Positions 1-10,724 are shown, counted from the first letter of the stretch. The stretch: 64,000 nucleotides of DNA from an uncultured Gammaproteobacteria bacterium (GCA_964537315.1 CAZIAP010000003.1:75919-139918); one strand, 5' to 3'. Numbers and translations: made by a program. Notes: a model not told the origin generated them from the sequence alone.

Positions 1-156
1 GGTAAGCGTAGGGGGGAGATTTCTGTAGATAAGGATAAAATAGATGATCGGACAGTTGTTGAAAAGATGGCAAAAGAAGAAGTATTTAAATATCTTAATT
101 CTCCTGTAAAAAAAGTCATATACGTACCTGGAAAGATTCTCAACTTTGTTATTTAA
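1..156 (+). CDS. leuS: Leucyl-tRNA synthetase, C-terminal end (partial)
   Basis: Frame 1 reads GKRRGEI...KKVIYVPGKILNFVI*, the typical LeuRS C-terminus. Confidence 0.85.
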   Translation, partial: GKRRGEISVDKDKIDDRTVVEKMAKEEVFKYLNSPVKKVIYVPGKILNFVI

Positions 157-286
157 GTTTTTTCATAGCTTGTGTTACAGGCTTTCCAGGTATATTTTAG
201 ATCTTTCTATTTTGTGATATACTTCCACTCATTAATTCAATATCTTGATATTGTTTGAGATAGTTGAGTTCGTTCATTAAAATACA

Positions 287-335
287 ATGAGTAGCATGCT
301 GAAGCTCTTGTTCAGGGTTTGAGCGTGCTGCTCAT
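287..335 (+). promoter_or_regulatory. Long G-U-rich leader hairpin upstream of orphan ORF
   Basis: ATGAGTAGCATGCTGAAGCTCT pairs with AGGGTTTGAGCGTGCTGCTCAT: 22 positions, one mismatch, several G-U pairs. Confidence 0.6.
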
Positions 336-368
336 GCGGGCAGGCATAAAATTAGAAAGGAAAAGAAT

Positions 369-1184
369 GTGATTGCGGACCTACTGCCTCGCTATTATGA
401 GGCATTTGGAAATGATGTCACTTATAACACTATTCACTCCTTTATCATTCAAGGACATGAAGTAGCTTGGATGGAAATGAGTGGGTATAATTACACTTTC
501 AGAAGCCTTCACTGTGAATGCTATTTCACAGAAGAAGTCGGCTGGAGAATTGACAACGGACGAATTAATCTTGAAGGCGAGAAGATATGTCTGTATAGAC
601 AGGCGATCATCCATCTGAGGCATCTCGAGCTTCGTCAAGAGTATCAGAAACGTTACCAATCAGACAGGATAGTAAGTCATTTACTTGGAAGTCTGAACCT
701 TAATACAGTTATTCTTGACTTAATGCAAAAAGTGAGAGATGGTGAGTTTATAGGAGAGGATGGAAGTGGAGCTGCTTTCTATGGAGGGTACTTTTACCTT
801 CAAACCGTAATGGCAATATCTGACATGCATCCAAAGCAGGTTTGGGAGGCTGCCAAACAGTTGGTTGAGGAGGGAAAGATCTCTCTTGAAGGATCAATTA
901 TCCAAGATTATCGCGAACCCCCTGCTCCTGAATGGACAGAAGAGTTCAGAATAGAAGAAGATGGTTGGGTAGGAATTGCACACTTACCGGCTCATTCAAA
1001 AATGACACAGGTGTGGAAGCTTGATGTAATGAGTGCAGATGGCTTAGAAGCCTCTGAGCCAAACTATGATTTACATCTTTCCCATCGTCCAGATTTTGGA
1101 CCTGATGTCGACGATGTCACAGAAGCTGAAATAAAACTTCAGCAACTAATTAGCCATGTGAAAATTGGCAACAAAGCACCGTAA
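369..1184 (+). CDS. Orphan hypothetical protein, possible winged-helix-like segment
   Basis: 271-aa ORF with GTG start after SD AGAAAGGA; no family recognised. Confidence 0.7.
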   Translation: MIADLLPRYYEAFGNDVTYNTIHSFIIQGHEVAWMEMSGYNYTFRSLHCECYFTEEVGWRIDNGRINLEGEKICLYRQAIIHLRHLELRQEYQKRYQSDRIVSHLLGSLNLNTVILDLMQKVRDGEFIGEDGSGAAFYGGYFYLQTVMAISDMHPKQVWEAAKQLVEEGKISLEGSIIQDYREPPAPEWTEEFRIEEDGWVGIAHLPAHSKMTQVWKLDVMSADGLEASEPNYDLHLSHRPDFGPDVDDVTEAEIKLQQLISHVKIGNKAP

Positions 1185-1336
1185 GGTAGCAAGGGAGACT
1201 AAGACACTCAGCTGCATATGCAGCCGAAAAGAGTAACTTAGGGTTTTTTCTTAAATACCCCAAGGTGCTTTTTTCGTGGAGATTTTCTCTCTTGCAGTAC
1301 TCTTTTTTTCCTGATACTCTGAATTTGAGAACAATT

Positions 1337-1912
1337 ATGGATGAGCAGACGACTGCTTTCCTTAAAAATTACGGCCTCATTATTCTCCTTGCTGTGGCAG
1401 GCATCGCTTTTTTTGGCTTCGGTATACTTCAACTTCAACAACCTGACACACCTGTTATAGTTGCCGATGATCAGGACTCAACTGAGTCTGGAGAAATAGT
1501 GATTGATGTTGGTGGAGCTGTCTTAGAGCCTGGTGTATATAGCCTACCTGCCTCCTCGCGGATAGCAGACGCACTCACTCGAGCTGGAGGAATAACCGAT
1601 GAAGCAGATACAGTGTATATTTCCAAGACAATAAATAGGGCACAGCCTCTTCAGGATGGCCAGAAAGTATATATTCCTCGAAAATCAGAAGTCGTTAGCT
1701 CTACCCAGTTAAAGCCGGAACAAACTTCCGGGCTGATTAATATCAATACGGCGAGTTCATCAGAGTTAGATACCCTTCCCGGTGTAGGGCCTGTAACCTC
1801 AGAAAAAATAATTACTAATAGGCCATATACAAAAGTAGAAGATCTAGTTGATAAAAAAGTCGTATCTGAGTCAGTTTTTGAAAAGCTGCGTGAACAGATA
1901 ACGGTATACTAA
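1337..1912 (+). CDS. comEA: Competence DNA-binding protein ComEA
   Basis: TM anchor, SLBB segment DVGGAVLEPGVY, HhH ININTAS...LPGVG; ATG 1337 preferred over the ORF-track start. Confidence 0.9.
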   Translation: MDEQTTAFLKNYGLIILLAVAGIAFFGFGILQLQQPDTPVIVADDQDSTESGEIVIDVGGAVLEPGVYSLPASSRIADALTRAGGITDEADTVYISKTINRAQPLQDGQKVYIPRKSEVVSSTQLKPEQTSGLININTASSSELDTLPGVGPVTSEKIITNRPYTKVEDLVDKKVVSESVFEKLREQITVY

Positions 1913-1913
1913 G

Positions 1914-3140
1914 ATGAAACAACTTCTTGCTGTTGGATTTTTTTTAGTCCTGATTTTAGGTATCAGATTATATCTCCACTCAGTTCATCCTGCTAAATAT
2001 CAGCCCAATACTCATGTTGAAATTACTGGAATTATCTGGAATGAGCCACAAAGATATGGTCAGATACAGAAGGTGAAAGTGGATGATGTAGTGTTCGTCT
2101 TGCCTGAATACCCAAGGTATGAGTATGGACAAAAACTTAGTTTATCAGGAATTTTAGAAGAAAATACTTTTACTAGCAAAAGTGGAGAAGAGGTCACAGA
2201 GTTAGTTGTTAATAATCCTGAGATTCGTAAGGTTTCTACACCAATCATAATTGGACAAGCTGCATGGATGAGATCTCGCATTATCACAGTATTAACACGA
2301 GTGCTGCCTGTGGATGAAGCCGCTCTTTTACTAGGTGTGACCCTTGGTGTGCGAACTGAGTTCAGCGATGAGTTGCTCGATACCTTTACTCAGACGGGCA
2401 TCTTGCATGTAGTCGCAGCCTCAGGAAGTAACGTGGCTATAGTTGCAGGAGTCATGCTTTTTAGCCTTGAGAGAGTAACAAAGCGTAAGATCTCGATCCT
2501 GAGTACAGGGGCTGCTATCCTATGGTATGCCTTACTTGCTGGATTTGATCCTGCAATTATTCGAGCAAGCTTAATGGCGGTTATTGCCTTGACAGCACAG
2601 TTACTTGGTCGTCAGCGTATCTCTTATTTTATTTTACTACTTACTATATGGATAATGGTCATGGTAAGTCCAGATATCTGGAAAAATGTAGGATTTTTAC
2701 TTTCTGTATCTGCAACAGGTGGAATTATTACGTTAAAACCTTACTTTGATCATTTGTTCAGACGAGCAGGGTTTATTAAAGATGATTTGGGTACAACAAT
2801 CGCCGCTCAGTGGGGAAGTCTTCCGATTCTCGTTGGGACTTTTGGAAACTTTGCTCCTTTGTCCTTAATAGTAAACCTAGCGGTCTTATGGGTTGTGCCA
2901 TTAATTATGATACTTGGTTTATTATCTTCATTTGGAGCAATCATCTACCCAAGCCTCGCAATGCCATTTGCTTATATGGCATATCCTTTTTTATTTTTCT
3001 TTCTAGCAGTAGTCAAGGCGTCGTCCTATTTTGTTGAATCAATTTCAATCATAAAATTATCGCCACTGATATCTATATCATACTATTTCATTTCTATATC
3101 AATTATTCTATATCTAAAGCTAAATCATGTCAAAAGTTAA
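1914..3140 (+). CDS. comEC: ComEC/Rec2 competence channel domain
   Basis: TGILHVVAASGSNV, IRASLMA and GFLLSVSAT motifs; multiple TM segments. Confidence 0.9.
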   Translation: MKQLLAVGFFLVLILGIRLYLHSVHPAKYQPNTHVEITGIIWNEPQRYGQIQKVKVDDVVFVLPEYPRYEYGQKLSLSGILEENTFTSKSGEEVTELVVNNPEIRKVSTPIIIGQAAWMRSRIITVLTRVLPVDEAALLLGVTLGVRTEFSDELLDTFTQTGILHVVAASGSNVAIVAGVMLFSLERVTKRKISILSTGAAILWYALLAGFDPAIIRASLMAVIALTAQLLGRQRISYFILLLTIWIMVMVSPDIWKNVGFLLSVSATGGIITLKPYFDHLFRRAGFIKDDLGTTIAAQWGSLPILVGTFGNFAPLSLIVNLAVLWVVPLIMILGLLSSFGAIIYPSLAMPFAYMAYPFLFFFLAVVKASSYFVESISIIKLSPLISISYYFISISIILYLKLNHVKS

Positions 3141-4032
3141 GCTGTGTATAGTATTAGGGTTTTTGTTGTTATTAATCCTTGCCACGTCACAATTACAGAA
3201 AAGTTTTGATGGCAAGCTGCACGTAGTGATATGCGATGTTGGCCAAGGAGATGCTATTTTTATTAGAACACCAGCCGGAAAGGAAATGATCATTGATGGA
3301 GGACCTGATGAATCTGTTTTAAGCTGTTTAGATGAATATAGACCTTTCTGGGATCGATCGTTAGATGTGATGGTGCTCACTCATCCTCATTATGATCATT
3401 TCAGAGGACTAATTGATGTATTGGATCGGTATGCTGTTAGATTGATACTCCAGGAACCAATAGATAATACTTCTGAGGCATATAAAGTGTTTACTCAAGC
3501 AGCTGAGAATGAGAAGTCTAACCTAAAGACCTCCACAAAAGGAACAACTATTATATTTGCTGATGGAGTAGAATTAAAAGTACTCGGACCTGATCAGGCA
3601 TTTCTCAGTAAGGAGAACCCAAGAGGCATTATAGGCAATGATAATCCGCCGTCACTCATTATGCATCTTTCATATAACTCATTTGATTTGTTACTAACTG
3701 GTGACAGTGATGGTCAAGATCTAGAAAGGTTTGTGCCTGCAGGACTATCAATAGATGCGTTAGTACTTCCTCATCATGGATCTAAAAATGGATATACACC
3801 TGCTGCTTCTAAGTATATTATACCAATAATTGGTATAATTTCTGCGGGTAAAGATAATTCATATGGTCACCCTCATCAGTCAGTACTCACAGAGTTACAA
3901 AAACATAACTCAGTTGTGCTGCGCACAGATTTGCAAGGCAATATCCATTTAATTATAGATAAAAACGGCAATATTTTTATCTCACCGGAGTCTAAGAGTT
4001 ATTCACCTATTGCAATTTTTCAATCTCAGTGA
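3127..4032 (+). CDS. ComEC-associated metallo-beta-lactamase-fold protein (split from comEC)
   Basis: DVGQGDA, THPHYDH, LTGD, PHHGS and NSYGHP motifs. Confidence 0.9.
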   Translation: MSKVKLCIVLGFLLLLILATSQLQKSFDGKLHVVICDVGQGDAIFIRTPAGKEMIIDGGPDESVLSCLDEYRPFWDRSLDVMVLTHPHYDHFRGLIDVLDRYAVRLILQEPIDNTSEAYKVFTQAAENEKSNLKTSTKGTTIIFADGVELKVLGPDQAFLSKENPRGIIGNDNPPSLIMHLSYNSFDLLLTGDSDGQDLERFVPAGLSIDALVLPHHGSKNGYTPAASKYIIPIIGIISAGKDNSYGHPHQSVLTELQKHNSVVLRTDLQGNIHLIIDKNGNIFISPESKSYSPIAIFQSQ

Positions 4033-4067
4033 TAGTCTAAAGTTAGTTATCAATAAAACTAACAGAT

Positions 4068-4430
4068 ATGAAAATTCTTATAGTAGATGATGAAGTAGAG
4101 CTTGCGCAAGTTTTTGACGCTGCTCTCCGTGGCGCTGGTTATGAAGTTAAAATAGCCACTAATGGTAAAAGCGCGCTAGATATGGCAAAAGCAGAGCAGT
4201 TTGATCTGATAATGCTAGATCAGATGATGCCTGACATGTCAGGAAATGAAGTATTAAAAGCCTTGAAGGCAGATCCTGCTACTGCTACTTTTAAAGTTGC
4301 AATGCTTACAAACTTTGGTCACGATGAGATGGTGAAAGAGGCTCTCTTTGCCGGTGCAGTAGATTATATTCTCAAATATCAGGTATCAGGCGATGACATT
4401 GTTACAAAAGTAAAAAGTCTTATTGGCTAG
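4068..4430 (+). CDS. Single-domain response regulator
   Basis: KILIVDDE, DLIMLDQMMPDMSG, GAVDYILK. Confidence 0.92.
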   Translation: MKILIVDDEVELAQVFDAALRGAGYEVKIATNGKSALDMAKAEQFDLIMLDQMMPDMSGNEVLKALKADPATATFKVAMLTNFGHDEMVKEALFAGAVDYILKYQVSGDDIVTKVKSLIG

Positions 4431-4725
4431 CATGCTTCAAACATCACAAACTGATTATAAAAGTATCCTCTCCGAATTTTTACAGCATCAGATTACTATT
4501 TTTGGTCCACAAGCTGTGAGTAACAAGATATCAGACGTCAAGGGTTTAGTCTTTGACAAGGATGGAGTAGTGAAAGATATCTTGGGAGATCCGCATACGG
4601 TCTTGCAAGAGGTTGCAGCTAAACTTGAATCTCTCTCAGAGTATGCAGTAAAGACTTCATTTGATCGTATACTTGCTGCACACTCTGCTGAAAATCCTCC
4701 GCCAGTATCAAACGTCTCACTCTAG
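4423..4725 (+). CDS. Small hypothetical protein within the two-component operon
   Basis: 100-aa ORF overlapping the regulator and preceding the kinase; start codon uncertain. Confidence 0.7.
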   Translation: MASMLQTSQTDYKSILSEFLQHQITIFGPQAVSNKISDVKGLVFDKDGVVKDILGDPHTVLQEVAAKLESLSEYAVKTSFDRILAAHSAENPPPVSNVSL

Positions 4726-4783
4726 AACAGTCTGGATCAAAAACTTGACACACGTCAGGATTTAAGGTTGCATATAAGTAGGT

Positions 4784-6523
4784 ATGGAAATTACCATAAT
4801 CGTTTTAGGCTTACTATTCTTCTCAAGCATCATCCTCTCTGGTGTGGTTATTCATCTATTACGCCGTGATGATCAAAAGAAAGCAGAGTTGGGTCTTCAA
4901 AAAAGAGAAGCGACTCGTAAGTTTTACGAAGCCAAAGTACTACAGGAAATTTCAGAACAAATAGGATATTCCTTGACAGGGAAGTCGGTCGCAGAAACTA
5001 TCATACGTTCCTTTGAAAATTTGTATGGTGTCTCTTGTGTTACATATGTGCTGATCGAAAATCATTCGATAATTCAAAAATCAGTCTTAAAAGAAGCTAT
5101 TGGTCAAAAGTATGTCGACAAGATACATCAAGTATCACTTAACTCGCTGTATGCTTTGGAAGAACCAGTTAAAGGATATCATGTTGCTGTACAAGTTCAA
5201 CAGAGCAAAGAGATAAAAAGCTATATTGCTTTACATTTTGATCCACTTCCTCAGTCATACTTTACAGTACCTTTAGTTATAAATAATACTTGTGTAGGGG
5301 TAATTACTGTTTCTTCTCGACTGCGGGATGCATTTTCTAAAGAGGACATGGATATGGTATACAAAGTAGTTAAACAAGCAGTAAAAGCGACAGAGCGAAT
5401 GGAGAGTCTTATTCAGGCTGAAAACAGCAGAATGATTAACCTAGTTTCCAGTATTCCTACCCCTGCAATTTTATTTGTAAAAGAAGGCAATAGGCTTAAA
5501 ATATCTGCCGCAAACCCAATTGCGACAGAGATCCTCAAGCTCCCTGCAAATCCATCTATTGATGATATCGTATGGAGTGTTGAGGGGAACTTAGATCTGC
5601 ATAAGCTGATCGAAGAAGTATATGAAGGGGGTAAGAGCGTCTTTTTGAAAGAGGTAGCTTTGAAAAACCGTTACTACAAAGTTTATATCAATCCAGTGTA
5701 TACGATTACCCAGGACTCAGTTGTAGGGGCAACACTGTCCCTACTTGACGTAACGTTAGAAATGGAGTCAGAGAAGCTAAGGGAGAAGTTTACCAATATG
5801 GTAGTACACGAACTGAGAGCTCCAATGACCTCTATAAAGGGAGGTGCAGGACTGTTATTAAAGGGTACGTTGTCTAAAGAGGATACTGAAAAAATGCTTC
5901 ATATTATCTCTGATTCCTCAGAGCGTATGTTGACACAGATTAATGATCTCCTTGATGCTGCAAAACTTGAAGCTGGTAAATTTGCTATCGCACCTGCGCG
6001 GGCAAATATTAATGAAATAGTTCAGACAAAAGTGGATAGCTTTTCATACCTCGCGTCCACTAAGCAGATTACTCTTACATGTGAACTAGATAAGTCAATT
6101 GAAGAGTTTAATTTTGATAAGATGCGAATTGATCAGGTAATCACCAATTTGATATCAAACAGTCTGAAGTTCACTCAAACTAACGGTCACATTACGATCA
6201 AAACTGAGAATAAAAACAATGAAGTGGTAGTATCTGTAGTGGATGATGGAATGGGAGTTCCTGCAGGAAAACAAAATCTGTTATTTGTACCTTTCAGTCA
6301 GATGCAGAGCGCGTTTAGAAGAGATGGTTCAGGACTTGGATTATATATCTCAAGAGGAATTATAGAGTCACACGGAGGTAAAATTTGGATGAATTCCCAA
6401 GAAGGTAAAGGTACAACTGTAAGCTTTTCTATTCCTACAAACATAAAACCTGACTCAGAATCACTGACTCCACCGCACGTTCCTTCACAGCCCATTATGC
6501 CACGGGAAAAAGTAGTGAACTGA
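4784..6523 (+). CDS. Sensor histidine kinase (TM, GAF/PAS, HisKA, HATPase)
   Basis: HELRAP, NLISNSLKFT, DDGMG and GSGLGL boxes. Confidence 0.93.
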   Translation: MEITIIVLGLLFFSSIILSGVVIHLLRRDDQKKAELGLQKREATRKFYEAKVLQEISEQIGYSLTGKSVAETIIRSFENLYGVSCVTYVLIENHSIIQKSVLKEAIGQKYVDKIHQVSLNSLYALEEPVKGYHVAVQVQQSKEIKSYIALHFDPLPQSYFTVPLVINNTCVGVITVSSRLRDAFSKEDMDMVYKVVKQAVKATERMESLIQAENSRMINLVSSIPTPAILFVKEGNRLKISAANPIATEILKLPANPSIDDIVWSVEGNLDLHKLIEEVYEGGKSVFLKEVALKNRYYKVYINPVYTITQDSVVGATLSLLDVTLEMESEKLREKFTNMVVHELRAPMTSIKGGAGLLLKGTLSKEDTEKMLHIISDSSERMLTQINDLLDAAKLEAGKFAIAPARANINEIVQTKVDSFSYLASTKQITLTCELDKSIEEFNFDKMRIDQVITNLISNSLKFTQTNGHITIKTENKNNEVVVSVVDDGMGVPAGKQNLLFVPFSQMQSAFRRDGSGLGLYISRGIIESHGGKIWMNSQEGKGTTVSFSIPTNIKPDSESLTPPHVPSQPIMPREKVVN

Positions 6524-6530
6524 TCTCTGT

Positions 6531-8006
6531 TTATTGTATAAATTTTTCAAGCAGTACCTGTTTGAGCTCTTGATTTAACCCATCATACCCAAGAGCCCAG
6601 ATCGCTACGCCTTGTAGACCTTTATTAAGTACAAAATCATATTTGAGTCCTAGTGACCGTGCGTTGTCAAAATGCGCCGTAAATTTACGGTCTGTATCGG
6701 GATCTTTATAAGAAAAGTAAGGGGTCTGACTAGTGCTGTTCCATTGTAGAGTGACATTTTTGCTCATATCTGATAGCTGGGCATAAGAGATCGCTTTCCC
6801 GGGCTCACCAGTGTCTGGCCAGGCATATCCGTAATAAGGTACAGCAAGTATTAGCTTATCAGCTGAAACTCTTTCAAGATAGCTTTGTATAAATCCTGCA
6901 ATTCCCATAGGCCCTTCAAGAGGTGCTACAGGCCCTGCAGAACCCTTTGGCGTATGAATATCGTATCCCATGATAATAAATGCGTCTAAGTGGTCTTCTA
7001 GAAGCGATATCTCAAAGAAATCATTACGTGCCCCTGCAGTTACGTAGGTATCGACAGTCAGTAGTGCATCCGGTACTTGTCTCTTAAGTTCCTCGTTAAG
7101 ATTCGCGATTAGACGAATAAACCCTTGTTTGGTTTTTTCTGGCGCTACACCGATATACTCAAAATCTATATTTATTCCATCGAGGGATTTACTTTGAACA
7201 AGCTGCACAGCATTTGAAATAAATCTTTCTTGAGCTTGGTCAGACGTGGTTACACTCTCTATATTTGTATTATCAAACGCTTTAATAGTAACTAACACCT
7301 TAATTTTACGCTTCTTGACCCGTGCGAGAAATGAGTTTAATTTTTTATCATTCCACATCTTCCAACCTAGGTCAGGATTTTCTCCTCGGCTTATCATAAT
7401 ATTTCCCTTCCCGTCTGTTTCAAGGCCGAACAAATTTATTGACGTAAGCCCTTGAATATCTATTTGCTCCTCTCGTTCAAGCATCCAATAAGGGAAAAAG
7501 CCAACAACTTCCTTAGTTGGCTCTCCAGCGTATTTCAGAGTAATATTTGTAGCAGGGAAGGAAAAAACAGTATCCGGATTAAGCGGAGTCTGATTAGCAT
7601 ATACCACGTCTGGAGCAAGGACATCAAAAGGCTGATTTATGCTTGCAACTTCAACTATCTGATCTGAAAGAGGTAAGGACTTGTCAGTGAATGATACTCT
7701 GTGAAGTGTAAGTAGACTACCTACTGAAAAGATCACAATTATTGACGCTACTGTAGCTGTTCTTTTGTTAATTTTTGCTTTTAACTTTTGCTTAATCGAA
7801 GGCTCTTCTGGTTGGATTTCTTGAGTTTTTGGAGTTGAAGGAGTGAACTGGATTAAATTATCACTTTCAATCTCGGACAGAGCTTGGTGGAACTCGTCTT
7901 CAGTCACACCGATTTCCCTAGCATAGTCAACTGCTTGTTCGAACGAACTAGAAGGGTGGGAAATAATCCACTCTTTTATAAGTCTTATGCGGACAGGGTT
8001 ATTCAT
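6531..8006 (-). CDS. Membrane-anchored GH18 glycoside hydrolase
   Basis: LDGINIDFEY catalytic motif, IMGYD, GVAIWALGYD. Confidence 0.88.
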   Translation of the reverse strand: MNNPVRIRLIKEWIISHPSSSFEQAVDYAREIGVTEDEFHQALSEIESDNLIQFTPSTPKTQEIQPEEPSIKQKLKAKINKRTATVASIIVIFSVGSLLTLHRVSFTDKSLPLSDQIVEVASINQPFDVLAPDVVYANQTPLNPDTVFSFPATNITLKYAGEPTKEVVGFFPYWMLEREEQIDIQGLTSINLFGLETDGKGNIMISRGENPDLGWKMWNDKKLNSFLARVKKRKIKVLVTIKAFDNTNIESVTTSDQAQERFISNAVQLVQSKSLDGINIDFEYIGVAPEKTKQGFIRLIANLNEELKRQVPDALLTVDTYVTAGARNDFFEISLLEDHLDAFIIMGYDIHTPKGSAGPVAPLEGPMGIAGFIQSYLERVSADKLILAVPYYGYAWPDTGEPGKAISYAQLSDMSKNVTLQWNSTSQTPYFSYKDPDTDRKFTAHFDNARSLGLKYDFVLNKGLQGVAIWALGYDGLNQELKQVLLEKFIQ

Positions 8007-8126
8007 ATGATTAAACGCATAAACTATATGCTGTAATTTCAGTATGCACAAAATGAAATAAAAAAGTCAAAGCGCAAAAGGCATTAATATTAAATAAAAT
8101 ATTCTACTGATAAATCTTGAACAGGC

Positions 8127-9332
8127 TTATTTCAGGCTGACTTTATAGAGGTTATATGGGGCACCTGGGATATTTAAATTAGTTAGTATGACTAGGTTAG
8201 ATCCATCCGGCCACACTGTGACAAAGTCTTCTAGGAAGGGTCCTGCATAGACTGTTGTATTATTTTGTCCATCAAATTCCATAATATTTACCTTTCCCTC
8301 ATCTACATAAAACAGGTGTCGTGAACTAGGGTGCCAGGAGAACTTAGGTACGGCACTCGAAGTTGAGTCATCATTTTTTTCCCACAGTAAGTAATTTCTG
8401 TCTTCTTTTATGTCGTAGCTGTATATATTACCGTCTTTTATTTCCCGGACTTCAGGAGTAGAGTTAGTTCCTTTTAAGCGTGGTGAGATAATTATAGGAA
8501 GGGTTGCGCTTCCGCTTGCCGTATAAAGTATTCGATCGTTTTCAGGAGCAATCTGCGCGTTCTTGAAGTGCTGAGTGTAAAAAGGTCGAAGTTTGCTATG
8601 TAGGGTTCTGGCTTGGCGTTCTTGCTCAGCAATGCGCTCTTGTTCCCACTGAGCTTGAATCTGAAAAATGGTTTGTGTAACATCTTGAGGAGTTTCTGAA
8701 AAGGAACTTGTATTCATGATGTAGTAAGCATTACCAAACTCGCCTGAAACCGATGCGAGTAGTTGATCTCCATCAGGTGAGAAAGTAAGTGTGGCATTAG
8801 AGAAGTCAGCTATTGTGTTATCTGTAAGCTGGGTTGATAGTCCTCCGATAGGTAGAATAGGGCGTGAGCTCATATTCATTAGATATATTCCATTCCGTCG
8901 TGCAAGAGATCCGTTCACTACGTAAGATATAAGTGAGTTAGTCTCATCGGAGGCTGCGTTCAAAGCTCCTGTTGTAGTTAGAGGATCGAGTTTTGGCGTA
9001 CTAGGGAAAAGCAGAGCATTTGCCTGACTTACCTCACCCTGTTTGACATTGATCTTTTTGTGCCAAGAGAAGTATCCGTCTTTTTCAATTCTTATATCAT
9101 ACTCACCAGGTTGAAGGTTTATTGTATTATCAGTAGCTGTTGTAAGATGGTTATTCACATATACTCGCGCTCCGTCTGGTCTACTTGTGAATACAATTAC
9201 TCCAGTACCTTCAACAAAAGTTTTTCCGTCTTCACGTGTAAGGCGATATCCGGAGGCAAAAAAGATTGCTACAGTCGTAATAATAATGAGTAGTGAGATT
9301 AGAGCAACAGAGCCGATAACTACTTTACGCAT
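8127..9332 (-). CDS. PEGA-domain surface protein with propeller-like C-terminus
   Basis: N-terminal TM, SRPDGARVYVN...LQPGEYDIRIEKDGY, FSPDG/WPDG repeats. Confidence 0.85.
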   Translation of the reverse strand: MRKVVIGSVALISLLIIITTVAIFFASGYRLTREDGKTFVEGTGVIVFTSRPDGARVYVNNHLTTATDNTINLQPGEYDIRIEKDGYFSWHKKINVKQGEVSQANALLFPSTPKLDPLTTTGALNAASDETNSLISYVVNGSLARRNGIYLMNMSSRPILPIGGLSTQLTDNTIADFSNATLTFSPDGDQLLASVSGEFGNAYYIMNTSSFSETPQDVTQTIFQIQAQWEQERIAEQERQARTLHSKLRPFYTQHFKNAQIAPENDRILYTASGSATLPIIISPRLKGTNSTPEVREIKDGNIYSYDIKEDRNYLLWEKNDDSTSSAVPKFSWHPSSRHLFYVDEGKVNIMEFDGQNNTTVYAGPFLEDFVTVWPDGSNLVILTNLNIPGAPYNLYKVSLK

Positions 9333-9459
9333 ATACCTTAATTATAGTTTGTTACTGCATTTAGTGCAATGTTTCTTCCTTGTCTTGCACAACATTTGCT
9401 CTGAGACTATAATATATGAAGAATCCCGTATAAATGATATATTTGAGTAATAGTTAGAT

Positions 9460-10467
9460 ATGTTTTCAAAAAGAATTGGAATTGATCTTGGTACAGCAAA
9501 TACGCTCGTATATGTAGCAGGTGAAGGTGTAATTTTAAATGAGCCTTCAGTTGTTGCAGTTAGAGCAGAAGACAATAAAGTCGTTGCGGTTGGACAAGAC
9601 GCCAAAGAAATGCTTGGACGTACACCCGGAAATATTGTAGCTACACGACCCCTTCGTGATGGGGTAATTGCTGACTACGCAATTACTCAGGCTATGCTAG
9701 GTTATTTTATTGACAAAGTAGCAGGCAGGTCGCGCTTCGTAAAGCCTGAAGTCATGGTGTGTATTCCGTCAGATATTACACAGGTAGAAAAAAGAGCTGT
9801 GCTTGATGCTACTATGGCTGCTGGAGCACGCGCTGTATATCTTATTGAAGAGCCTCTTGCTGCGGCAATTGGTGCAAAAGTACCCATAGCTCAGGCTGCA
9901 GGTCACATGATTTTGGATAGTGGAGGAGGAACTACAGATGTAGCAGTTATTTCACTAGGCGGAGTCGTAGTTCACACATCTGCACGGGTGGCAGGAAACA
10001 AACACGAAGAGTCAATATCGAATTATGCCCGTAAACGCTTCGGGTTGCTTATTGGCGAGCGTACGGCAGAAGAAATTAAGATAGAGATTGGAAATGCTTT
10101 ACCTGATCCTAAAAAACCGTTGAAAATGGAAGTAAGAGGCAGAGACAGTGTTACAGGGTTACCTCGCTCAATTGAGATGTCTGATATGGAGGTAGAGGAA
10201 GCACTTCAACCTGTCTTAAAGGCATTGGTTGGTGCAATCAAGGAAACATTTGAAAAAACTCCCCCTGAGCTTGCCTCAGATATCATTGATAAAGGGATCG
10301 TGCTAACAGGTGGAACGTCATTATTAAGAAACTTTGACAAATATGTTGCACGTGAAACAGGTGTCCCTGCATACGTAGCTGAGGACCCTCTTTACTGCGT
10401 CGTTCGCGGTACGGGAGTAGCTCTGGAAAATTTGGAGTTGTATAAGCGTTCAATTAGTAAAAGCTAG
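9460..10467 (+). CDS. mreB: Rod shape-determining protein MreB
   Basis: IGIDLGTANT, EEPLAAAIGA, GGGTTDVA, TPPEL. Confidence 0.96.
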   Translation: MFSKRIGIDLGTANTLVYVAGEGVILNEPSVVAVRAEDNKVVAVGQDAKEMLGRTPGNIVATRPLRDGVIADYAITQAMLGYFIDKVAGRSRFVKPEVMVCIPSDITQVEKRAVLDATMAAGARAVYLIEEPLAAAIGAKVPIAQAAGHMILDSGGGTTDVAVISLGGVVVHTSARVAGNKHEESISNYARKRFGLLIGERTAEEIKIEIGNALPDPKKPLKMEVRGRDSVTGLPRSIEMSDMEVEEALQPVLKALVGAIKETFEKTPPELASDIIDKGIVLTGGTSLLRNFDKYVARETGVPAYVAEDPLYCVVRGTGVALENLELYKRSISKS

Positions 10468-10724
10468 AGGATTATTTTATTAACTAATTTTACCGCTTGT
10501 GTAATGTTGAAACGGACAAGGTTTTTCACAACTTTCCACGAATTGTAAGAGGTGTCAGGTTTAAGAATAATCCTCTAGCAAATAGGGGTAAAATTTTAAA
10601 TTTAAATTGATAAATTCGATATTAGGTTGATTTACCAATATAAATATCAGGGTAAATTAAGTATACATAATGCTTATATTTAAATTAGTATTACAATTAT
10701 AAAGCGCAAATAGTAATTAGCAAT

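Noticed and set aside
10468-10724. Very AT-rich gap after mreB
   Set aside because: No ORF, repeat or stable structure seen; probably promoter DNA.
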